Source: Trypanosoma brucei
Taxonomy: Eukaryota
Assembly: GCA_000002445.1 (NCBI GenBank)
Contig: CP000067.1
Span: 128,001 to 192,000 of the forward strand
Reading direction: 5' to 3'
Length of the DNA: 64,000 bases
The notes beneath the pieces were generated by a model, which made no database searches, was not told the origin of the DNA, and worked only from the letters and a program-made list of their open reading frames with translations. Position numbers and translations under genes: made by a program. Below are positions 41,130-50,800 of this stretch, in pieces. Numbering within the stretch: position 1 is the stretch's first letter; every line of letters starts with the position of its first letter.

Positions 41130-43586
41130 TTATCGCCACAGTTGTCTCACACCTTTACGCATGGCAAAGTAGCGTGCCACAAGGGAAAGGACACCAAAGC
41201 TGCATGTAAGAGCTATCAGCAGAGTCTTGTTGAAATCACTGTTAAGGAGGTCAAACTCCTTTCCAGAAGAGGTGCGCACGTAAAAGAGGTCCATACCTGA
41301 AACGAGTACATGGCAGGAGCTTTCAAGATTTGTTGGTCGCGTTGCAATTAGAGTGGGACGTGCCGCTCGATACCTGTGGGTAACTATAGCAGTGCTCGGA
41401 ATGATCACATGTGTTAACTGCCCGGCGCCGTCACCTAAGGAAACCTGCCCACCAGCAAGTAGACGGTTAAGCCCCACGGAGGCAACCCTCCCGGACGTAA
41501 ACACAAACAGAAGACTTTTTCGTGCGATGGCGCCGAAGGACGTCGTGACGCTCATTTTGGCAACCCCACCGCCGTGCATACCGAGCACAGATCCTACCAC
41601 AACAGGTGGCCATGTAGCACGGGAACTGAATACGCGCTTGTGCCGGGAGAAAAACGATGAGATCACCTGAGGTGGTGTGGCACCCGTATCCTTGAAAAGT
41701 ACTGGGCCAACCTCGGTTTCAAACATCTCCCACACGCCAAGGGAATGGCGCATCTTTTCCACATCCATAAAGTGGTAAAGCACAGCGTGCTCCACAATGA
41801 GGATATGCACCGGTCCTTCTACATTTCGATGACGCATGGACGCAAGAACGCTTCCTGTGACAACATCGACAGCTGTTACAACAAGAGTTGGCATCTCGTC
41901 GTCAACGGGCTCGTAGTACGCCACTGCGAGGACGTTGCGCGTTGGAAACTTGCGACGTACCTCCTCCATACCACTGCTTTTATTCGGAAACACACGAATA
42001 TTATTCACCAATGAAGTGCGGAGTGCATCCTCACCCGTAGCAACGGCAATAATGGGAAATGGCAGTTGCACGGTCCAGAGTGGCGTCACAGACGGAGATG
42101 ATGAGGCTAGATAACCCTTGATGGTTCCCGTTGTCATATTCAAACTGAATACGTGCAACTTGGAATGGGGGATTTTTCCGTTCACCGCAAGCGAACGCTT
42201 GACGTCAAATGTAGGTGCAACAATCAGTGAGTCTTCGTGCTTTGTTGCCTCTACCACAGCACCGGTGACGACATTTAAAATTACCCGAATCTTAACCACA
42301 CCAAAAGAAGCGAATAAAGTAGCAGTATCCGCTCCGGATACCTCTAATTTTTCGAACGCTATATTCTCCACGGAAGCGGCGGTTGTCATCTCCAGCACAG
42401 TTTTAGATACATCGACAAGCACCTTCATGTTACTTCCCATTTCTGCCAGAGGAATCATATATACTACGCCACGTGTAGAAATTCCCAAGGCTTCTTTTGA
42501 CAAACCAAACCGATCTTCCTTCGATGAACTGTCAAGTACAACTACCGCCGCGAGTCTTGAAAGGCCTTCCCACCGTTCCCACTTCACCCCTCCGTTCTCT
42601 CGCACCACAACAAGATGGTCATTGGGTGCGCGAACGAGAGCCCATGCGCCGTCTCCATCGCCCTGCACAGCAAGAAGTATAGCGGGAGCACCTTTTGTCC
42701 CGCCCTTTAAAGGAACGTGAATACTCTTAGCAGGGAACTTAACCATGAAACCGTTGGGATCCGCCTGGCCGATTACGTATCCCTGAAACACGCCAGCCGG
42801 GTTTGTCATAACCGACGCAGCACAACCACTACAGTCAATTACTTCCTGTTCCACAGCGCCGTTTGTCTCGCGTTGAGGGCCATGTCTTACAAGTGTTACC
42901 TTGTGTGAAGAATATGCAACTGCCTCGGCCGAAGAGGTAACGTCAATACCACCCACAGCATCAACGCCTGTAATTTCGACCGCACCCTTAAGGGAGTAGC
43001 GATCGGCAGATAACCGTCGCACCACCCAAAGGTGAGCGTCGCTAAGGCGTAGGCCCTTCACGTCCTCCCCAATGGGAAATTGACCGAGAGTCTTAACTTC
43101 TTCGTCATCAGAATTCATATCTAACTCGAAGATATGTGCGTTTTTACCGTCGAAGGCGGCAAATCTCGCCTTACTATTTGTGATGCTTTTACACGACTCC
43201 ACGTCTGCGCCGGCTGGCAAGAGCAATTTGAAAGTGGTTTCTACTGCTCCAGTCCCTGCGTTAAGAACGTGCACTGCTCCTGACCGGGAGGAGACAAAGA
43301 CAGAGCCGCCAGTTACTCCAATGCACACACGTGGTTCGCTAAAAACTTTCCTCCACAGTAACTCTCCGCTGTCAAGGGAAAGTGCGGCAACCGCCCCCTG
43401 AGCAGACCTTATGTACACGTTGTTAAGTTTCAGCTTAGGATGCAGTGCGGCGCCCTCCACCTGGCCGACAAAGCGCAAAATCCAGTCACGTAACCCCTGC
43501 TCATCTTCATGTATGGCTTGGATTGGAACAATGAGTCCACAAATGAGGCACAACTTGAGCAACAGAAAGTATAAAGTGGGCCGCAT
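41130..43586 (-). CDS. EMC1: ER membrane protein complex subunit 1 (EMC1)
   Basis: 818 aa with N-terminal signal peptide. IHEDEQGLRDWILRFVGQVEGAALH...SAQGAVAALSLDSGELLWRKVF matches EMC1 (YEDQVGKFDWRQQYVGK...KNVIAALNSRTGEILWRHV). C-terminal TM helix LLIALTCSFGVLSLVARYF. PQQ-like beta-propeller content. Confidence 0.7.
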   Translation of the reverse strand: MRPTLYFLLLKLCLICGLIVPIQAIHEDEQGLRDWILRFVGQVEGAALHPKLKLNNVYIRSAQGAVAALSLDSGELLWRKVFSEPRVCIGVTGGSVFVSSRSGAVHVLNAGTGAVETTFKLLLPAGADVESCKSITNSKARFAAFDGKNAHIFELDMNSDDEEVKTLGQFPIGEDVKGLRLSDAHLWVVRRLSADRYSLKGAVEITGVDAVGGIDVTSSAEAVAYSSHKVTLVRHGPQRETNGAVEQEVIDCSGCAASVMTNPAGVFQGYVIGQADPNGFMVKFPAKSIHVPLKGGTKGAPAILLAVQGDGDGAWALVRAPNDHLVVVRENGGVKWERWEGLSRLAAVVVLDSSSKEDRFGLSKEALGISTRGVVYMIPLAEMGSNMKVLVDVSKTVLEMTTAASVENIAFEKLEVSGADTATLFASFGVVKIRVILNVVTGAVVEATKHEDSLIVAPTFDVKRSLAVNGKIPHSKLHVFSLNMTTGTIKGYLASSSPSVTPLWTVQLPFPIIAVATGEDALRTSLVNNIRVFPNKSSGMEEVRRKFPTRNVLAVAYYEPVDDEMPTLVVTAVDVVTGSVLASMRHRNVEGPVHILIVEHAVLYHFMDVEKMRHSLGVWEMFETEVGPVLFKDTGATPPQVISSFFSRHKRVFSSRATWPPVVVGSVLGMHGGGVAKMSVTTSFGAIARKSLLFVFTSGRVASVGLNRLLAGGQVSLGDGAGQLTHVIIPSTAIVTHRYRAARPTLIATRPTNLESSCHVLVSGMDLFYVRTSSGKEFDLLNSDFNKTLLIALTCSFGVLSLVARYFAMRKGVRQLWR

Positions 43587-44086
43587 CGCGTTTTGGGTCC
43601 CCTCTTCTCTCTCCTATTCTCTCGTATCCCCTTTGTTTTTGTTGTAAGTCTTTTTTTTCCCACCTCACTCTCTTCTTTTTTGGTTACCCCAATTTTTCTT
43701 TTTTTCTTTTACGTGTCGCTCCCCTTCTACACCTCCGTTCCAATAACCTTTCGGTATCAGCTGTGACAATTACGTTCCTTGATGATGCTACAGTGAAATA
43801 ATACCAAAAAGAAAAAAATATTCGCAACAAAATAACAATAGGGAAAGAGTGCATTAATTTAAAAAGTGGACAAACAATCCTTACACGTCCCTTACGGCAA
43901 TCCCTTAGAACACGCAACTGATAAAGAAAAGGAAAAGTGTGACAAACGATGTAAACAGCCTGAGACAGTAAGTCCAACGAATGGCTCCAATTCTTTTTCC
44001 TCCCTTCAATAGTAATAACAAACGGCCCCTTTTTTTCATTTTTTAGGTGCCCCCGCTGCTCCGTTACGCTGCATTTAAAAACAAAA

Positions 44087-45040
44087 CTATTCCTCCCCAC
44101 CTGTTGTCTCACCTAACAATTCCATCGCCTCGAGTAGAGTACGAGTGACAGCAGGTCCCTGAGCGCTAAGACCACTGATCCCGCCGCTGCGGTCACCCTC
44201 GAATAGTACAAATTTGGCTTTGGGAAAATGCTTCATAAAATCGCTCTTCGCCTCTCCTGAGAACTCCTCCGAGCCGCACTGAATGACTGTCACGGGTTTT
44301 GTGAAAATATTTTCCGGTCCCACATCGCTAAACCCACATAATGGCCCACGAAACTGAAACAACGTCTCGTTGAACTTAAATCCCACAGTTCCCTCCCGCT
44401 GCTCCACAGTCGAAAGAATAAGTGCCCTCTCCGCCTCATTAGGCACTCTTTTGTGCAAATGATGTTCGAGATCTGCGACGGAACTTATTTCTTTCGGGAT
44501 ATCTGAAATAAAAGAGGGAAGGGAGTAACGTGCCGGCTCACATGCCAGCAGATCTGATGGCCCATTTACAATAAGCACAAGGGAATCGATACCTGATTCA
44601 GGAGAGTGCAGTGCAGCCTGGCATGCGACAAGCGCACCAAACCCAATTCCAACCAACTTGGCATCCGCACGCAAGACTTGCTGTTGCAGAAGCATAATAT
44701 CAGCTGCACACGCCATTGTGAAGGCACGCCCTTCTTCGGGGCAGGGAAGTGATTTGGAATGGTTATGTCCCCGAAAGTCCACAGCAAATAACTCCAGTGG
44801 TACAAGTGGTGTAAGACCCGAACACGGTAATCTCCCGAGACTCTCATGCAAAAGCATTTGCCAGTAAGCAGAACTGCCGAACAGATCATGCAGAAGAATT
44901 GCTTTACTGGGCTTCCGGGAGTCGAGGTGCCACTTGAAGGTTGAAAGCCCATAATTCACCGGAAAGGGTCTTTCTTTAATTGGCAATGATGCAGAAGCAG
45001 CAACGTGGCCCCTCGAAAGCATGCGATTGATTACATTCAT
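44087..45040 (-). CDS. ABHD11-like alpha/beta-hydrolase fold protein with degenerate catalytic motifs (probable pseudo-hydrolase)
   Basis: The track start is TTG. The first ATG is at 45038-45040 (MNVINRMLSRGH...), giving 317 aa. LLHDLFGSS corresponds to the oxyanion HGLFGS motif. The nucleophile elbow reads VGIGFGALV instead of GHSMGG (Ser to Gly). No clear C-terminal catalytic His. Confidence 0.6.
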   Translation of the reverse strand: MNVINRMLSRGHVAASASLPIKERPFPVNYGLSTFKWHLDSRKPSKAILLHDLFGSSAYWQMLLHESLGRLPCSGLTPLVPLELFAVDFRGHNHSKSLPCPEEGRAFTMACAADIMLLQQQVLRADAKLVGIGFGALVACQAALHSPESGIDSLVLIVNGPSDLLACEPARYSLPSFISDIPKEISSVADLEHHLHKRVPNEAERALILSTVEQREGTVGFKFNETLFQFRGPLCGFSDVGPENIFTKPVTVIQCGSEEFSGEAKSDFMKHFPKAKFVLFEGDRSGGISGLSAQGPAVTRTLLEAMELLGETTGGEE

Positions 45041-46020
45041 GTTGTACGACTCGCAGCTGCTAAATCTTGGACCAAACAAGATTAATTGTTGGAATGGTGC
45101 TTCCCAATTATTCTGTTTTCTTTTCTCGAAAATCCAGCCGATGACACAACAACTCTACTTGCAACCCTCTCGGTACACAGAACCAAACTCGTCCCCCTTT
45201 CCTTGTACCCCTTGTTGATCTCAACAATTGTTGCAAATTATAAAAGTGAAATAAAAAGTAAAAAAAACATAACGCCTCAAAAAGATTAACGGAAATTTGT
45301 CTCGCATTCAAACGTAAAACGCAAACGCAGAAGTTAAAAATGTGAAGGAAGAAAGAGGAGGAAAAAAAACGAGCAAACTTAAAACGCAACAGTGAAGTGG
45401 GTGCTACTAGTAGTTAACCCGTGATTCTGCCCGCACACGCGAATGGGCATACCTATCCCCACATCCTAACCAGCACTGAGTGCTTAAACTGCGGGTAAAT
45501 CAAAAAAAGAAAGAAAGAAGCATAACCAAAAAAAAGTGAAAGGAGTCTCTTTTATACCAACGACCCGCAACACGCCAACAGGTATTGGTTATTCTCATGT
45601 AACTTCTCCCACACTCTTGCATGCACGTCACATCCTCCTTCTGAATATCCTCTAACCCCCTGTCGCCTCCAACCACAAAATAACATCCGAAATCTAATGT
45701 GAATGAGCCGGAACCTTCGCTCCAGAAAAGGGAGCTGAACGGATTTTCCTTCCAGAGACAACTAAAAGCCTCAACAATGCAACGCACTTGCGAGAAGCAT
45801 GAGGAAGGAGGAGAGTTTTTTTTCCCCCGTGAAAAGCGCCCCGTGTCGACGAAACACTGCAACGCTAAAAATAAAAAAAAAACGCCCTCGTATGAATAAA
45901 TACAAAATACAATACACACGCAAACTTTCGCATCGCGGGCCCAGGAAACGTTTTCGGAAAGTTTATTGCGCAACTATATGCAGCATTCCACTACCCGCCT
46001 TCTTTTTTCTTTTATGATTC

Positions 46021-47436
46021 TCACTGAGAACCCTCCTCCGGCGGAAAAGTTGGAACCGTCAGTGCCGAACTGATCTGCAAAATGCGCGCACTCCAACCTT
46101 CATCGATGAAAAGAAATGTACCTATTCTTCCAAGCTTATGGGCAACAGCAGCCAACACTTGCGCTTGGTGTGGAATGCAGAACTTTTCGTATTGCTCAGT
46201 AAACCGTGTGTATCCATCCGCGACACGTTGTTTTAATGATTCCCGATGCGCCTCCCCTTCGGTATCGTCCCTCCCGGGGGCAGGTTGGGCTAAAGCGTTT
46301 GATTCCATCTTTTTGAGCTGCGTAGCAGCATTGATGCAGGAAATTGAAAGATGGGAAGCAAACCAAAGCAAATCGCCAACCTCCCTCAAGCCTTCAGCCT
46401 CTTCCTTTTTGCTCAGATACATGAGATGGGAATCAATTTGTTCTGTTATTGCATGAAGGGCTAACATTACCGGGTCGCTCACACCCGATGACGGATATCT
46501 GAGGTCGGCTACAGGGACACGGGACATCCCTCCCTCACGATCGTTCCACTCAATTACCGCCGTGTTCCGATCTATGCTCTTCACCACACCCTCACGCCCA
46601 CCGTTCGCCTCATACCGAACGAAACATCCCTCGTGACATGCAGCGGCGGGAAGGGGAGCTCCAGCCGTCCGCTTGCATATATTCCGAGTACTTCTCCGTT
46701 TGGATGGTTCACCTACAAACCGCCTTGTCATTTTTTCCACGACGGCGCCGCACATCTGTAGAAGCCGCACCATTTCGCCATGTTGCACGAGGATGGAGCT
46801 AAGACGGGAAGAGACGGGACCTTCTTGTTCCCGCACCATCGCGAAACTGCTTAGTTTTCCAAGGAGGCCCAAACACTTCATTTTCACAATAGAAAGTAGA
46901 GAATTTTTCCTTGCTGCCTCCCACGAATCGCGGAACTTTCTCCATCCGTCTTCGTCAAGCGTTGTGAAAGCCTTCATTAACTCACATTCATGAATCGCAC
47001 CGATATGGGATATGGCATTAAGAGTCAGTTGAAGTCGCCTTAGCCGTTGTCTTACCAGTGAGTTCTTCTTTGCGTCAAGGCCACTCACACCGTCAAAGTG
47101 CGCTGTAAGTTTGTCGATCGTCCCATTGACTTCCTTCTCTGGAATGGGTGGAAAGATTATACCTGGAAACTCTGTCAGCATCTGTGTAGCAAACCACTCA
47201 AAATCGGAATAACGATGCCATGTGCAATAGTCGATGTAGCCATCGCCTTTAATAAAGTTGCTCTGCGTACTGTTTGGGAAAATGAGAGGCGGATTCTGGT
47301 AACTTTCCAGAAAGCTGCGCGTCATCATTTTATACGTCCAGTGAGAAAAGAAGAGGACCTTATCATTCTCAGCGAACACGCGCTCCGCATTTGCAACATA
47401 GAACTCCAGCGGTGGCTGAGCGGGGTTTTCGGACAT
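46021..47436 (-). CDS. Sorting nexin (PX-domain protein, probably SNX-BAR type)
   Basis: The track start is TTG. The first ATG is at 47434-47436 (MSENPAQPP...), giving 471 aa. PX-domain signature RYSDFEWFATQMLTEFPGIIFPPIPEK (R[RY]SDF...L...PG..PP.P.K). Helical remainder consistent with a BAR region. Confidence 0.65.
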   Translation of the reverse strand: MSENPAQPPLEFYVANAERVFAENDKVLFFSHWTYKMMTRSFLESYQNPPLIFPNSTQSNFIKGDGYIDYCTWHRYSDFEWFATQMLTEFPGIIFPPIPEKEVNGTIDKLTAHFDGVSGLDAKKNSLVRQRLRRLQLTLNAISHIGAIHECELMKAFTTLDEDGWRKFRDSWEAARKNSLLSIVKMKCLGLLGKLSSFAMVREQEGPVSSRLSSILVQHGEMVRLLQMCGAVVEKMTRRFVGEPSKRRSTRNICKRTAGAPLPAAACHEGCFVRYEANGGREGVVKSIDRNTAVIEWNDREGGMSRVPVADLRYPSSGVSDPVMLALHAITEQIDSHLMYLSKKEEAEGLREVGDLLWFASHLSISCINAATQLKKMESNALAQPAPGRDDTEGEAHRESLKQRVADGYTRFTEQYEKFCIPHQAQVLAAVAHKLGRIGTFLFIDEGWSARILQISSALTVPTFPPEEGSQ

Positions 47437-47778
47437 TGCTCTTTGTTCAAGTTGTGAATGAGAGTGCGGCAAGGGGAGAACAAGAAAAAAAATGGGTTGG
47501 CGTGAGGAAAAAACAAAAACGAGTACAAGCCCTACGTTCGGTGCCGTTTCGTCTCCACTCCGTTCTCCCTTTCTATGAGTCCATCCACCTTTATCACGGG
47601 AGTCACGGCCTCATATACAATTGGACCATACCTGACACCTCGGGACTGCAGAACCACGGACACTTGTCGACAGTTTACATAAACACAACTGAGAGCAACA
47701 TTGCCACAGCAGGTGGAGTACGAATTCGGTAAGTCCCCTGGACTCTCAACATAACAAGTACAGAGGTATCTCCCTCCT

Positions 47779-47817
47779 CCCCCCCCCCCCCAAAAAAAAA
47801 AAATAATAATAATAATA
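47779..47817. repeat. Homopolymer block C13-A13 followed by (AAT)5
   Basis: ccccccccccccc aaaaaaaaaaaaa taataataataat, directly downstream (3' UTR side) of the sorting-nexin gene and upstream-flank side of the 2503-aa gene's stop. Confidence 0.9.
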
Positions 47818-47883
47818 CAACTTCCCCACAACACAGCGACAATAATAAAAGTAAAGCATATAAAATTAGAAGACATTGAAATG

Positions 47884-50800
47884 TTACTTTGCCTTCACAT
47901 TATGATGGATCACACCATATGAAATATGCAATTGGGTACTGGGGCCCGCCGCGTCTCCGTTCGAGCCCTTGACAGCCTCCGCAAGTGCCTTTCCGCCGCC
48001 TCCACCAACAAAAGACAAACACCTCTTGCTAAACACATTACATTCACTCGCTGTAAGGGTAAAGATATTGCTCAATACGTGATGTACTCCACGCGCGAGG
48101 AGGAGGATCGAAACAACGTAATTCTTCTCGTAAAAAAAGTCCATGTAAGCCCTGCACGTGTCACACCCTTGCTCACGACAGTATGACGCGTCATTGGTGG
48201 CCATGGCTATGAGTACTGTTTGAAGATGATCTAGAGAGAGCTCGGCAATGACGGAGGGCTTGATAATGTCAGAGAAGGACCCACATGCACTCACCAAAAC
48301 ATTGGCATAAGCCTTGTTAGCAAAAATACGATGCACATAGGCTAGAGATGGCCTGCTTGAAGAGCCCTGCCCATCCTTGACGAAGGTAACGATTTCAGCG
48401 TTAGACGTTTTCGTTCGTCCTCCACCAAAGATATACTGCAGCGCTTCCTCGTTCTCGCCAAACGGATCAATAATATAGGCCACTCCGTTTGATTGAGGCT
48501 TCCCTGTACGCAACGCCGTCTTCTGCCGTAAGTTTAAAACTGATAACTCTCTGTGAACGGCCATAAAAGACGAAAGCTCAGGAAGCTGCTCGAAGGGAAG
48601 TGGCTGAAGGATGGGATCCAGGCAGAGATATAGGCTGCATGATGCCGCTCGTTGAGATGAGAATAAATCACTGAAGTCCCCAAGCAAAGGAAATACCACT
48701 GTCCTCACCTTCTCGAGGTACGAGTGAAAAACCGACCCCCACTTCGCATCAGGAGACCGCTCACCGGCAGAAGGTCCGGCGGCTACTTCTACTTTCTTGA
48801 GACGCTTAAGTTCCTCAATCTGAGATGTACACTCACGGAGAGCCCCCATGTCCAACTCCGCCCGTCGGGAACACACCTCACCGTCCTGTCTTCGAAAAGC
48901 CACTAGGAAGTACGATGTGGTTCCCTCGCGCACAGCACTGAGGGTGCATATGTCCGACAGCAGAGGGTCAGCCTTATTAGGCTCCGCCGGCCATGCTCCC
49001 ACAAGGTCAAAACGCCTCCACATGCTAGAAATCTCCATGAGATTGTTCCGCAGGGAATCAAAAGCTTTGGTGTTGACCAGGTAGGGCGCATCCATCTTTG
49101 TCTTGTTTACCAAACGAATAAGTTCAGCCTCAGGTGTGGTGTGAGTCAAAGAAGTGACAAGATCGCTCACAAAACCGTACATAGCCGCCGTTTCCGCGTA
49201 CTCGATGGCCGTCCCAGCAGCGTTAAAGTTACCAGACAACATAAAATTGTGAGCCAAATAAATGTAACATTTCGCCATTTGTTTGTACTCAAACATGTGT
49301 CTCGCTTGCCGAACAGCTGCGAGCAGAAGCATCTGCAAGTTACTATTAATTTCTATCCATGCGTTCGCAGCAAGGCGATTTGGATCTTCAACATGAATAC
49401 TAGCGAGTTTCGCAGCGCGGCGTTCCGCTACCGACATCCTCCGAGGAACTGATGGGTGTGGTACAGAAATCGTGATTTTTGACCACTGTGCCGTTAGAAA
49501 TGCGTTCTCGCGTTCATTTACGTCCCCACTGAAAGTAGTGTTTACTGAAGCCTCAGGACTTTCCATCGCTCTGGTAGCCGCCGTAAGCCTCCGGCTAAAC
49601 TCACTTAGTGCAGCGATGATGCTGGCTTCCATTTGAACAGAAGATACGGTGCCAACACCACCCATCGCACGATAGAGCAAGGCTTCAATGTGTGGCGTAG
49701 AAGTGTTGACCATATAGTTAAGTGGAATGCCGAAGTGACTTAGAGAACTCGCAACCTCATTATCATGACCACAAATCCCCTCCTGTGAGGGTAAAGCCGC
49801 ATTAGCGCTATCGTTAAGCATCCTACTCTGCTCGTAGAGAGCGGGGTCACGCATGTAACTGGCAACATAGCCCTCCAACTCCACCGGTCCCCCAGTGGGA
49901 ATGCCCAGGTCCGCGACCGACAGCGCGCTGAAACGTTGTGATATAAAGTTCTTCAGCAACTTCCGTTCCAAGCAGTTGCGTGCACACATTACTAAAACCT
50001 CATCGTACGCCGCTGCCGCGGAAGGACACGTGGTAACGTCACCCCCCAGAGCTAAGACTGGAACGACAGCGTTGACCTCGCTCTGTAACATGTCTGCCAC
50101 TTTAAGGATCTCAGAGTACTCATTGAACAATCGCTCGGGTAACGCTTTGTCCACACCCCCCTTCCCAGTTGCCAGCACGTCATCCACGCACGGCCGCAAA
50201 ATCTGACGCACCCGAAGCGACACCAGTCGACTCTTCCAATCCGCGTATTGGTCCAGCTGCGAGCAAACTTCATCAAGCAATCCCTTCACATCACCCTCTC
50301 GGGGCCCTCCAGGAAATAGTGTGTCAAAGGGCCGACGAAGAAATGCAACAAACCGAGGGGCGCACCTCTGTAGAAGAACCTTATGGCACATTTCGGTTGT
50401 GTCCTTCTCGATGTCACCTTCACCAACTTCTTCAAGGCGCCACAGCAACCGCGTCAAAAGCTGGCGTACGAAAGCTACGGCCTCGGCGACCTTATCACAA
50501 GACAGGAAACCGTCGATATGCACCAATTGCAGTTCCGTCCACGCAGCAACCGTGAGTGAAGTGGGAAGCCCCGTTCCTTCGCCATCACCCATATCTTCAG
50601 TTTTTGTCTCTTCTTCAGTACTGTCCTCCGCACTCGCTTCCTCACTTGTAGGGGGGTCCCATCGACCCCGAAGAATACTAGCACGAGCCTCCAGCAGATG
50701 ACACCGTGCCAACGCACCTCTATCTCCCGTCCGAGAAGCACACTGTTTTACCTTTGCCTTCCACAGTAAAGCTTCTTGCACGCGACCAAGGGTAAAAAGG

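Noticed and set aside
45500-45973. 157-aa minus-strand ORF between the hydrolase-like and sorting-nexin genes
   Set aside because: Cys/Phe-rich low-complexity product with no motif. Sits where the UTRs of the flanking genes are expected.
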